Shown: positions 14,900-27,400 of the stretch, one piece after another
Layout of the letters: every line of letters begins with the position of its first letter
Position numbering within the stretch: position 1 is the first letter of the stretch
From: Nemertoderma westbladi
Taxonomy: Eukaryota > Animalia > Xenacoelomorpha
DNA length: 64,000 nucleotides
Assembly (NCBI GenBank): GCA_032718475.1
Contig: JAUCBJ010006599.1
Span: 1-64,000 of the forward strand
Reading direction: 5' to 3'
Program-made: the position numbers and the translations under genes
Notes under the pieces: generated by a model
Told to the model about the DNA's origin: nothing
Seen by the model: only the letters and a program-made list of their open reading frames with translations
Databases searched by the model: none

Positions 14900-15379
14900 T
14901 TTACTATTTTCTTAATCAATATTACTGTAATGCTTAATTAATAACTACATTATATTATTCTGATTGTACTGTAGGAGGGTTATTTACATTAGATTACATT
15001 CTACACACCACAAACACAAACACCCGTTACTGTGGTACTGTATATACAACATACATATCAAACAACAGAAATACCTATGGTTGTGGGCGGCCCTGAACGA
15101 TTTTTTTGTTTTCCTGACTTTTTCAAACTCGTTCAAAAGATTCGGGGAAACAAATCTAAATGGAAAGTCTGATTTTCATACCAACAATTTATTAAAAAGA
15201 CATCAGCCAGGAAAAGTGCAGACAGGACAAAATTTAAGAAATTACAACTGCCACATACAGCAACAATTAAGAATTACCTGGTAAACTGTAAATTAGGTAT
15301 CTGGTCGGAAAAGTTGTGCTAAGGGGCGCCTAAAAGCTGATTTTCCTGAGTAAACTATTGCAGCAATAATATCTCATTT

Positions 15380-16005
15380 GGTTCGACGATATTTGTGTCT
15401 ACTGTTTTTGGTGACACAGAACCATTCGAAGTGTTATAGGGAGTCCTTCAGGGTGTTACACCTGCACCATTCTTGATCATAATTGTGGTTGACTAATGTT
15501 CTACGCATGTCCTTAGAGCATCTTATAATAAAGATGGGGTGATGGTAACTCCTCCTACTGGCTGCAGAAGTCACGGAAATCCTGCCAAGTACATAACTGA
15601 TCTAGACTTTGCTGGTGACTCTCAGAACTACTTTCAGAATTAATTTGTCAATTGAACCCAATGGCTCCTCGGTTCATTAAAACAGAGAGCTTCTGGTGCT
15701 GGTATTTTCTTCAAGAAGAAGACCACAATAACTTCGACAGTGATCAGGAAATGTCTGATCGTATGAGCATTAGCCCCAGGGATGGCTTGCTTGAGCATGT
15801 GGATCACTTCTGCTACCTGGAATCATGGATCTGGAAGTCAGGTGAAGAATACGTAAGATGAAGGCATTGGCACAATTGAATGGGCTTTCCAGGATTTGGA
15901 AGTCCATATAGAATGAAATGGAATTACAATGGATTATTTAGATCAGCAGTAGAACCAGTACTCCTTTGTAGGAGTCCATGCTGGTCTCTTACTGCAGAGA
16001 ACACC
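15380..16005 (+). mobile_element. Degraded RTE-clade LINE fragment (family B)
   Basis: Remnants of GVLQGxTxAPFL, TDLDFA and LEHVDHFCYLESWI. Homologous to 17450-17850; many stops and frameshifts. Confidence 0.8.
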
Positions 16006-16605
16006 AAATAATCATCGTAATTCGCGTTGATATAACAATTTTAATTATTTTGTTTATTAATTAACTTTTTTTAAGCACAACACAGTTAGTTATCGGTATT
16101 TCTGAAAGTATATTTTATTTTGTTACTAACTTTTATTGTTGAATAAAATTAAAGTATTTTTCGTTTCACTATTTTATAACAAGAAAAAAAGTAAAATTTT
16201 TTCCAAAATAACTTTGCCCCCGGACCGATTTTCCTCTCACCGGACCTGTCTGTATGTGTGGCCGCTTGATCCCAAAGCGTTCAGACTTGGATTAAATAAA
16301 CGTCACTATTATAATTGGGTGTCAAAGTTTAAAAATAAATTTTTATGTAGAGCAATAAAAGTTACTATCGATGTCCTTAGGATTTAACTAAGACTGACTC
16401 ATTTTGTCTTTTCACGGCCAGGTGGTAATATTTCAAAGCGCAACATATGGTTAATAATTATGTATCAAATTCTATTAAATAAATATAATAAAATTATTTT
16501 TATTAAACGTATAATAAAGTAGATTGATTTGTATACAAATTTTGGAAACTGCAAACTATAATAGGTCTACTGAATATCGAACATCAATTTAGGGGCCAAT
16601 GCAAC

Positions 16606-17262
16606 ATGGATATTGAGTTTGCGTCGATGCTATTGGTCGCAGTTTTTATAGTTTCAGAGAAAGTTAAGTATGTCACGGCTGTTACATGTTTGCACAGCCA
16701 TAACATGGTTACTTATAAGACAGCTCATTCCGACCTGTTCCCGGACACCGACTGGAACGAAGAAAACCCGGGTTACATTGAAACAGGATGTCTCAGCTGC
16801 TTACTACTGTTCGGGCAATTTCCAGGGATAGTCAATTTAAACAACGAGGTTTCGAAAGGTTTGATGTACATCAGGCAGGAATTCTGCGTGGATGGCTGCA
16901 CGGTTTCCCTCAATGAAGACGAATGCATCAAGACGTATACGGATGGGATCCGTAACATTCTTTCGTTTTACGTTTTTCTTTCGGAAACACATCCAAGTTG
17001 CCAGATGGTTTGCTGCAACGGAACAGAAGCCTGCAACAAAGTAGGAGACGTGGTATGGGAACACGACTATCTGGATGCCAATGGGGAGATTGATTGGAAT
17101 GATCCCATGTTTGATCCGGTTACAGCAGAACCGACTACAACAGAGAGAGAGAATACAACAACGGCTGAAACATTGACAACAACATCTAGTGTGGCAAATC
17201 ATCTCAATGGACTTGTTGTTTCTCTTCTGTTGGCAGTAACAATTACTATTACCTTATACTGA
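16606..17262 (+). CDS. Single-exon secreted/GPI-anchored Ly6/uPAR (three-finger, LU-domain)-like protein, 218 aa
   Basis: ATG start, hydrophobic signal peptide, Cys-rich domain from VTC to CQMVCCNGTEACN (CC..CN signature), Thr-rich stalk, C-terminal hydrophobic tail LVVSLLLAVTITITLY, and AATAAA ~10 nt after the stop. Confidence 0.72.
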   Translation: MDIEFASMLLVAVFIVSEKVKYVTAVTCLHSHNMVTYKTAHSDLFPDTDWNEENPGYIETGCLSCLLLFGQFPGIVNLNNEVSKGLMYIRQEFCVDGCTVSLNEDECIKTYTDGIRNILSFYVFLSETHPSCQMVCCNGTEACNKVGDVVWEHDYLDANGEIDWNDPMFDPVTAEPTTTERENTTTAETLTTTSSVANHLNGLVVSLLLAVTITITLY

Positions 17263-17449
17263 TTAACAAATTAATAAAAACTTAGGTGGTGTGGGTTTCC
17301 TTGTGAAAGTAAAATATTTTAAAAGCTACGCAGTTAAAACTTTTATTTGTTATGATTATTAAATACACACACATGTATACAGTTTTAATGTATGTATATA
17401 CAGTATATATATATATATAATAATGAAACCTAAAAATAATATATATAGG

Positions 17450-18110
17450 AGTACTCTCAGTGACTTAGGAGTACTCTCAGAATCACTAGAGCCAACGGCT
17501 CCTCAGCTCATTAGAGCGTGCTGCTTCTAGTGTTGGTCTTTTTATTAACTCCAGAAAGACCAAAATTTTGACAGTTAACTTTGAAAGTCCTCAGCAAGTC
17601 TCTGATCGGATGAGCATAAGCTCAAAAGATGGTATGCTTGAGCATGTGGATGACTTCTGTTACCTGGGATCATGGATCCGGAAGTCAGGTGAGAACCTTC
17701 GAATACGTAAGGGAAAGGCATGGGCAGCCTTGAATAGGCTTTCCAGGATTTGGAAGTCACCGAGAATTAATCGGAAACTTAAGGTCCGATTATTTAGAGC
17801 AGCAGTAGTTCCAGTACTCCTCTATGGGAGTCCATGCTGGGCTCTAACTGTTGCGGACAGCAAATCTCTGGATGGTACATTCACAAGAATGCTACGTCGA
17901 CAAAAAGAGCCGCCTCGGCTTCTCGGGTTATTGCTGTTACCATGAGGACTAGCTGTACACAATTTTGTGAATAAGCATGGTGGACAGCCCATGACTTTCT
18001 TGAGACGCATCTTAAAGGACACTGGCCTTGAAGATGCGGATGATCTAGCAAATGTCATGGGTGATAGGGAGTTGTGGCGGTGTAATTTTGACGACAAGCT
18101 CGCACAGCAT
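17450..18110 (+). mobile_element. RTE-clade LINE 3' fragment (family B)
   Basis: LEHVDDFCYLGSWI, KAWAALNRLSRIWKS, KLKVRLFRAAVVPVLLYGSPCW, LDGTFTRMLR. Confidence 0.87.
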
Positions 18111-19529
18111 TCTTAATATATCGTCGCAGAGGCAACTGGCAGGATTGAGGAACCTTGTTCCACAACCTTATATAACTACTCGAGACACCGATTCGGCAGT
18201 GCCATATACACCTAAGATCAATAACGAATCGGGCGGCATGGTATTCAGAAAAGATGAGTCTGGTGCCTGGGGACCATAGGGAGGGGGACGCGGGGGCGGA
18301 GAGCTCTATTCCCGGGGACCGCCAGAGGGCCCCTTACGGTGGACAACGGGGTTGCAGTTCAACCTTCGCTCCTTAGAGGCTTTGGTTTTATACGGATGAA
18401 CCACAAACGACGACCAGGTCATTATCCCCACCCCAACATCGCCAGACTGGCCAGACAGGAACGAAGGGGAGAACTTTAAAAAAGACTGGGACCACAAGAT
18501 AGAAGAGATGTTCATGAGTTCATCAACTCTGGTACCAGGACAGCTAAGAAGTAGGCTAGCTCTTAGTAAAATAAATTATTATTTATACAACTCGATAAAC
18601 TACAGTAGTAGTAGGTAAGGCAGTTAGTTATAAGGGACAATATTTTGTGAAGATCAATGGGAGTGGACTCTTACCTAAATTTACTGAAGTGTTTTTAATA
18701 CAAATTTTAGTGAGAACAACCAACTTGTTCTCACTAAAATTTGTAAAACTAAAATATTAGATAAAATCTAATATATAATATATATATACAGTATTACAGT
18801 AGTTTCTTTCATTTACCTCCTGTTTTTTATCACAGTGAGATACCTACATTTTCCACATAAAATGTCTTTATCTGCCATAAAATCCCCCATGATTAATTTA
18901 AGATGAAAAAAACAATTACTTTCCCTCTGAAACATTTTCAGACTCAAATTGAATTCCATGATTGAGACTTTCCCATCCGTTGAAGCTCAGTTCTGCTTCA
19001 CTTTTTCCCATTTACCTCCTTTGGGAGAAACCACTGCGCTGATTAAAAAACGCAGTCCCATACCACCAACATTCCTTAGGTAATTTAGTAATGATCAATC
19101 ATCATAAATTACTTATCATCTAGTATATGGACATTTAAATCGGTGGCTATTCTATCTGGGAGTTTGGGACGAAACAGCTATGTGGATGAGCCATTAGAAT
19201 TCCAGACTGCTCGTTAGCTCGGGCATCTTCAGGATGTTGGTGGGAGATCACGTCCATTTAAGTTACACATTGATTTCCAAAATATACGTTATATGCATGA
19301 TATAACTTGTTTCACCTTATTATAATGGACATTAAGAACCTGATAAAAAGTGTAAAAATTATAATAAACATGCATGACGGTTACCTGACGGAAGTACATG
19401 GTGGACGGACTGGTGTAGCAACTGTGTTTGTATTTCTATGTGTAAAAATGAAATTTATTAATGAGCCATACAATAAATATTATCATTCCTAATAGGTTTT
19501 TGAAAATTGACCTCCGAATGGTACGTAAA

Positions 19530-20203
19530 GGAAACAGGACAATTCGGTCCCGGACAATTCGGACCCGGACAATTCAGTCCCGGACAATTCGGTCCCTGAC
19601 AATTCGGTCCCGGACAATTCGTTCCCGGACAATTCGGTCCCGGACAATTCGTTCCCGGACAATTCGGTCCCGGACAATTCGGTCCCGGAGAATTCGGGCC
19701 CGGGCAATTCGGTCACGGACAATTCGGTCCCGGAAAATTCGGTCCCGGACAATTCGGTCCCGGACAATTCGGTCCCGGACAATTCGGTCCCATTAATTTT
19801 GTTTTTTGGGACCGAATTGTCCGAGACCGAATTGTCCGGATACTGACTAGGACAATTCGGTTCCAAAACATACATATTAATGGAACCGAATTGTCCGAGA
19901 CCGAATTGTCCGGGACCAAATTTAATTGGTACTATATAATGGTGAATGTTCTAGAACCTTAATACAGTATATAGGTCTATTATTATATGGTAGGTAGTGT
20001 TTTTTTTACTAGCTAGTATTAGTAGTTTTTTGAAAATAAAACAAATTTTACTTTTTTTTTGTTAACATAAAAGTTAACAATTCGGTCCCGGACAATTCGG
20101 TCCTAGGACAATTCGGTCCTAGGCAATACGGTCCCGGACAATTCGGTCCCATTTATTTAGTGTTTTGGGACCGAATTGTCCGGGACCGAATTGTCCTACA
20201 TCC
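19530..20203. mobile_element. Foldback-type MITE built of 15-bp ggacaattcggtccc repeats in both orientations
   Basis: Termini ggaaacaggacaattcggtccc... and ...gggaccgaattgtcctacatcc. Flanked by tacgtaaa (19522-19529) and aacgtaaa (20204-20211), a 7/8 match to an 8-bp TSD. Confidence 0.8.
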
Positions 20204-20286
20204 AACGTAAAGCATTTAAAATACAAATACAACTGTATAATTCATAAAAGGCAGTTTGTGTTTTTTGTGACACCCACCCGAGGGTG

Positions 20287-20476
20287 GGTGTGGGCCGGAC
20301 CTGGAGACAGTGCAATACCAGGCCAACCCGTGGCTGGAGTGGAGCAAGCCCCTTACTCACAGCCGCACTGCAAAAATCAGTTTAATATTGGAACTGCTCA
20401 GTGAGCAGTGTGCCAGATATTAAGCTGACAAGAACAGATACTACACATGATCTTAGCCAAAAGGCCGAGAAGCGAT
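20287..20476 (-). ncRNA. RNU2: U2 spliceosomal snRNA
   Basis: Minus strand reads ATCGCTTCTCGGCCTTTTGGCTAAGATCATGTGTAGTATCTGTTCTT, with the branch-site recognition sequence GTAGTA, stems IIa/IIb, Sm site ATTTTTG and a loop-IV TATTGCACT. About 190 nt; 3' end approximate. Confidence 0.96.
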
Positions 20477-21139
20477 AACTTTGACATGATCGTCTTCTAT
20501 TATATCACTTGAAATTTCAGATTATTAGGATAGCGCAAATGGTAATTGATAATTTGCAAATAACTTTAAAGAACTAAATGATTGCTGAAGTTAATTATGG
20601 TGTAATATTATTATTATATTTTTGTACATTAATCAGAACTATTTTACATATAGAATACTATTGAGAAATTCATGTTTTTATTAGAAACAATGCTGTGTCA
20701 CAAAGAATACTGTGAACCGAGCTTAAGCCTGCTCTGCTACATTCTATAACCTACTGTTCCTCTAAATTGCTAGGCTTTCCTCCACCCAGTGACACTGCCC
20801 CCAATTTGGAAAAACATTCCCCCTGACATCAATAACATGACATTAGGTCTCTGAAAACATAAGCGGGTTTATGGAGTACAGATTTAATTGCGTAATGGCT
20901 CCCGCGGGAAATTTGAATTACACTTGTTTCTCTTTCGGCTCTAGATCTTCTATCTGTACCATACAAATTAAGTAAAGAATGTGAGTTGCTAGGAAACTAG
21001 ATAATAACATTATTTATTAGGTGATGATAGCCGAGGCGTTAATGATGTTTACCTGCAGAGGGCAGAGCGGCGGTAGCATCTGTTATGAAATATAGGTTTC
21101 TTCCATGTAGGCTTCCATGCTCTTAAATTCATCATCCTA

Positions 21140-22328
21140 TGTAAAAGCTTTTGTGGGATAACTGATACGTTTGCCTTTGCTGGCCAGTTCCCCCCCGGTC
21201 GCTAGAATACTCTCAAAGGGATTTATAACTAAAATAGTGCAAGCTACCAGCTTATTGGCTGATGTGCTGTGTGGAGATATCTGGGCTCAGCTTAATCGGC
21301 TAATCAGCGTAGGGAGGTTGCCTAAGCCTTGCTGTCCGTGTCGGCCAATAGAATTTGCGTAGGCGTTGATTTCGACCTATCCCAGCGCTACTGAACTGAA
21401 TTTCCTATCTCTATGCTCATCCTCTGTGTTGAACGGAGCTTCGGGGAATAAGGGTATTTTGGTATACTCGTATAGTGTTAGTAGTCATATGATTTTATAT
21501 GATTCTGTTGTTATGTTCCCATTTTTCGCCATAACACCGGCTTTTTGGGAAGAACTCTAGTAAACTGCTTAAATTATCGAAAGTATAAACTGTTACCCTA
21601 CCGATCAATCTAATCAATCAACCTACCTATTAATCATATTGTTTGTACTGTTATTTACCGTCAGTTATTAATTGTATCTATTTGTTGATGGAAATATTGC
21701 TCTTTGGAGAATACTGATAAATCACCCAAATTTCCCAATTTTCTTGATACACTACAGGTTAGAGAGGCGGGCTATATATAACAATTGCGATTTATATTAA
21801 TGTGGTGTGTATTGAATCTAATGTTATTTAGCAGACCCTACATGAGTCAATTACTGCTCTCTTTATGTGTGATCAAATATACTGACGGTCGGCAGAATAG
21901 TGTGTATGATTGTGATTGGTAACAAAGTATTTCCTAAAGAATACGCTTTATACTTTAATCATAAGCAGTATCGTTGCGTTTAGTATAAGTCCTAGTTCTG
22001 TTTAAATAGATAGAGCGCCACGTCCTAAAGGAACTGTTAATATTTCCCGAAAGCCAATAATATCTGTCAGAAATTAATTATTAACGATCTATCGAATAAT
22101 ACAGTAAGTTTACACTGCAACCTTACACTGCAATAATAAAATTTAAGCAGCCGAATTCAGCCTCCCGGGTGTAGATCCATCGGGTGAATGATCGCGCATG
22201 GGCTGACTTCGGGTAATGTTTTGTGTATTAGCATAAAATATTGTCGTATGCTAAAGTTGTTTTAATTAACTAAAAGACATATAAATTTTGGCAGGTTAAA
22301 CTGCTAAAGGTCTTCAAAAGCGCGAACA
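21140..22328 (+). repeat. 5' LTR
   Basis: tgtaaaagc...cgcgaaca; same length as 32289-33477 and no difference seen by eye. Confidence 0.97.
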
Positions 22329-24485
22329 GTAACAGTTTATAATCTTATTGCAGTAGGCAATAAGGTTGCAAAATACCGTAGTGACTGGTAAAACTGAACC
22401 GGTGCTTCTGTAGGTCAGTAGGCCTAACTGTCATCACCGGTACCGGTACTGCTGTACAAGTACATTTAGTATTATTCGATTTTGATTATTGTATACCGGT
22501 AGGCTGTTTAAGAGATTAGGGACTGTACACCCCTTGTTTCTTTTGGAGCTTACTTATTTCTGTCGGTTTTATTTCCTAGTAAGTTAATATTGAGCTGAAG
22601 ACGTGTAAGTCTGCTCAGATTGTTCAAATAATTGTAGACTGAACTGCTGTCTGACTGTGTTGAGTTTGGAGAGATTACGGCGTGTGTAGAGTTTGTCTGA
22701 TAAAGTGCCGTTAGTAAGTTGGGGCAGCCATATGCGGTAAGGTCAATCCCCTCTTAAAGAATAAGTCGTACTACCGTGTTAGAACGCATACTAACTAACA
22801 GTTTCAGAATCTGCATATACTGTAGTTTATTTAGGCTTGATCGTAGTCTGCCAGTGTTTTAGCCTGTGTTTGTTTGTGTGGTCTGTTCAGGTACCGTAAT
22901 AGTTATTACTCCAATATTTTGTAGGCTGGATTGTTGTCTAGCTATTCTTAGGCCTGAAGGGATTGCTGCGTGTGTAGAGTTGGTCTGATAAAGTGCCGTT
23001 AGTAAGTTGGGGCAGCCATATGCGGTAAGGTCAATCCCCTCTTAAAGAATAAGTCGTACTACCGTGTTAGAACGCATACTAACTAACTGTTTCAGAATCT
23101 GCACATACTGTAGTTTGTTTAGGCTTGATAGTAGTCTGCCAGCGTTTTGGTTTGTATTTTGTTTGAGTATTCTGTACGGGTAGCGTAATATTTATTATTC
23201 AGAGTTTATGCAATTATTCGCAACATTCATGTCCCCAAGTTTATTCCTACAGTAATTGTGCTTGTTATACATACCGTTATAGTTAAACTAACCCCGGTAC
23301 TACATTAGGGCTGCTCGGCGTAGGTAAAGACTGGAGATTTTGTGCTTCGGTCACTCCAGCAGATGCCGTGGTTCTTTTAACTGTTCAAGTATATTTAACT
23401 ACTGATTATTTGTTATACCGGTACTTGTACCTAATTTAGGGTTTAGTGTACAGTGCTTTCCGAAGTAATTAGTGTAGGCAGTATATTTGTGTTGTAAAGT
23501 GGTTGATAGGCACATTCGTTAGCTCTATTAGCTTCTGGGTAGGAACAATCCGTGATACATAACGTAGTACCTATAGCGATACGGTTATAGGTCGTCAGGC
23601 GGTGGTATTTTCCTATCTGGACAGTACAATATATTTACTACTACTTATTATTTCAAATACCGTAGTACCCTGTCCGTTGTAATAACCAGAATTCTAACCC
23701 TTTGTTAGGCTGGTTTGTAGACTTCCTGTAAAATTACCCTAAAAATTTCGTACGTAATATTTTGTTGTGTTTAATTAGAGAATTAATCTCACCAGTATCG
23801 TAAGTAATTTGTAGTATTAAGTAACTTAGGTAAATTAGAATTATCAGTTTTAGTGTCAAATAAATAACACTTCACTGAGAGCGTTCAGCTTCTGTGTAGT
23901 GACTCCCCCAGAAATAATAACATTTATTTCAAATATTGACAAAAAACCCATTTAAACGGGTATATCAATATTATAAATCAAATCAAACGATTTATAAATA
24001 GTAGGCCTGCCATACAACAACTAGGTCTCACTATCAGTTGGACTACTGCTTAAATAACGGTAATAAAGTAAGTTAAAGTAACTAAGTAACCCTAAAATAT
24101 TCAGGAATTCAATTATTCTAAAAATAATTGACATACCGGTACTTACCATAGGCTTATTATATTTATTTCTATAAATTTGAGCTGAAATCATACCGGTACT
24201 CTGTAATTAATTCTAGTTCATAATTATACTTATATATACTATAAGTGTAAGCTGTATACCGGTATTCAAGATAGGCCTATTATATATTTATATATATCTG
24301 TGTTAAATTTATATACCGGTACTCTGTGACAAACCTAGTTTACAATACTTATATATATTATAAGTGCATACCGGTATTCTAATATACTGCAATAAATTAC
24401 CGGTACTAGGCCAGTGGTCATACTGAATTACTAGACTTGCTTTAACTGTAACTATAGCAGTAAGCCTTCAACTGTATAGCTAAAC

Positions 24486-27400
24486 ATGTCTGACACTCAG
24501 CAAAACCTGTCAGACAGTCTGATCGATACAACTATCTGTGATTCAGATAGGAGTGTGGAGCGAATAAGAAAGGAGTTCGGCTCACCTCCTACTGTAAAAA
24601 AGGTCATCCCTCCAGTAGTATCAGACCCTAGGCTAGTCCACCATAGGTCCATCATAGGCACTCGGGCACAGGTAAAACGGGACCAAGAGGCAGTTGTCCT
24701 ATCGCAGCAACATCTTGGTCAAGAACCTACTTCCCAGCGACCCGATAGCTCCAGCAGTTCGGATACTGTAGAGCTGACTCCCGAACATGGAGTGCAGATG
24801 GCTGATACAGTCTACTCGGACCCCCTTCTTACTCTTCCTGCTGCAGTGCTAACTACTATATTCATTGCGGTGGAGGAACATCAAGCCGACTGGGCGAAGA
24901 ATAAGCGAGCGACCCAAGATAATTACGCGGGATACGCCAGGGAAGAATTGATATCTATTGTTGAATCACAATGGAACTTTCCCGAACTCGGACTTCCGTT
25001 GGATCTGTCCGAGGCTACTTGGGAAGATATACACAGGATGGGAGTGGCTAAAGATACAATGGATCCAGCTGTTTGGAAGAGGTCGGCAGCAGGATATGTG
25101 CAGGGATTCTTCGGATCCTTGGATCGATTGGAAGAACAACTGTTTCGACAACCTCACGGACCCCAAGAGCAGGAAGAACTGCTATATCAAATACGCGAAA
25201 GAACCCTACGCATATGACTAATTCTCTCAGCCTTTGAGGAAACTTCCAAAAGAAGACAGGACACGTCGCTGCAGGTTGCTGTCAAAACTTGGTTACATCG
25301 GGTAGATCTCAAAGTACAGGAAACGGCCCAATGGAAATCCCAGCTGGCTGAGAGATCAACCTATGAAGAACCAACTGATGTCACCCTTTCTCAAGCGGAA
25401 AGCGAAGAGACCGCCGAGAAACCGCGAGCTAGAGACGCTATCGACATTTATTTGTCCGACTATCAGCGATTCCTAGGAGACGAAGAGTTGAGGAGACGGC
25501 TGTCTGGACTTTCCCCTAATAGTGAAGGAACCAAGCTTGTATTAGACTCAATCGATGCCGAAATGTTAGCTGCAAACCAAGCTGAATGTGATGAAAAACT
25601 CCGTCTCACTAGAGTCCGAGAAGAACAAATAAAGAGAAGAAGGATAGAGGAACAAAAGGCGGCGGCTATGGCAGATGCAGAAGCAGAAAGAAAAGCAGCA
25701 AAGGCGGCGGCTATGGCAGATGCAGAAGCAGAAAGAAAAGCAGCAAAGGCGGCGGCTATGGCAGATGCAGAAGCAGAAAGAAAGGCAGCGGCGGCAGATG
25801 CAGAAGCAGAAAGAAAAGCAGCAAAGGCAGTGGCAGAAGCAGAAAGGAGAGCATCTGAGCAGACTACCCAACTGGAGTTGGAAAATCTGCAAGAGACACA
25901 AGACAGTATAAATAAACAGTTTACTGCTAATCAAATGCAGATGATGAGAAAATCTACTCCCAAGCGCCAGGGATACACATCCTCGGAGGAAGGCGAGACC
26001 ACCGACCCTGAAGGCGGAGGAAATAGATCTCATCTAAGTAGGCGTAGAAAAACATCTTACCGTCGCAAATTGCCTGATTTGCCCCCAGCTGTTAAAAGAC
26101 AGCTAACTAGCACAGACTTAGGTAGTGCAGAACCCATAGAACAATTTATCCAGGTCAAAAGACTCCCTACTATAGTCGATGAACCTGAAATAATTAGGCC
26201 TGTTGTTCCCAAAGTCACTTCTGTGCTAGAGACCCCTGCACTTCCAGAGCTTAACTCTAAATTCCCTTTACATAGTACTACACTGCCTGTACCCGGTGGA
26301 ACAGTCCATGCAAATACCCCTGTCCAGATAGCAGAGAGAGAAATCAATAATTTGTCTCCCGTCGTCTCGCGTCAGCCCGCTACTATGTTGGCGACTCCCG
26401 CTTCGGCGGTTGAGTGGGTGGAAGAGGGACGGCGGGGGATGAATCTCCTGCTAGGACAGATGCAGGAGACTGTCCACCAACTTAAGGGAACAGTGAGGGA
26501 AGGTAGAGCAGAGTTGCAAGAAGTGCAGCAAAGTATCGCACTAGAACGCGATAAATTAGTCAATATCCAAAAGGGCATACCAATAACCCCTGTAACATTG
26601 TGTCAACCTGTTAGGTCTGAAGTATTACATGCGCAAGGTGTGGAGCCTACACGCATCTATACTGCTAGTGAAGTTGAAACTCCTATAACAAACCCTATTA
26701 AGGGTGATTATAGACCTGTTATTAATGATATTCCCTATAGACCTGATAATGATCCGAGAAATTTATATACCGATAATTCGATATTAAATAACACGATGGC
26801 CCAAGAAAGCTTTACGCGTCAGATGGCTAGAACAGAAGCCCGCCAAGCGGTCAAAGTGGGAGAGATCGTCAAATTCAATGGAGATGAGATGAAATGGTTA
26901 CCTTTCAACGAATATTACAAAGATAGCATACAGAATTCTGTACTATCTAACGGAGAGAAACTTAGATTCCTCATCAAATGTTTGGAAGGACCTCCCAAGT
27001 TAATGGCGTTAAAGTTTATTGGACATCCAGAAGGATTAAGACAAGTATGGGATACATTAAACATCAGGTATGGTAACAAGGATAACATAGCTAAGTATTT
27101 GTATGCAAAATTAGTAGCCCCCCGACACTTCCTTAGTAGCGAGATTATAGAGTTTTCCGATGAAATTCAAGAGATCTGTAGACAACTGGACTGGTTAGGT
27201 AAGTCGCATGAATATCAGAGTTCCATGGTTATTGGAGCCGTAGTCTCTACTTTACCAAAGGGTGGAGTATGTACACGCTGGGACAAGAAAGTGTTGTACA
27301 TGAATGAACAACAACGACGAAGTCCTACCATGGCTGATCTCATGTCTTTCTTAGATAGTGAAGTAAAATTACAACTCATAAGGCAGTCCAGAGAGAAAAC

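Noticed and set aside
18230-18540. GC-rich patch as a possible gene or structured RNA
   Set aside because: No convincing ORF, motif or fold could be identified by eye.
19461-19919. RTIRS / GTELS / GPNCP pentapeptide ORFs
   Set aside because: Translations of the MITE's 15-bp repeat.
21171-21560. Small ORFs duplicated at 32320-32709
   Set aside because: They lie inside the LTRs, start at non-ATG codons and show no protein motifs.
22329-22350. Canonical TGG primer-binding site after the 5' LTR
   Set aside because: The sequence is gtaacagttt...; no tRNA 3'-end complement was recognisable, so no PBS is called.
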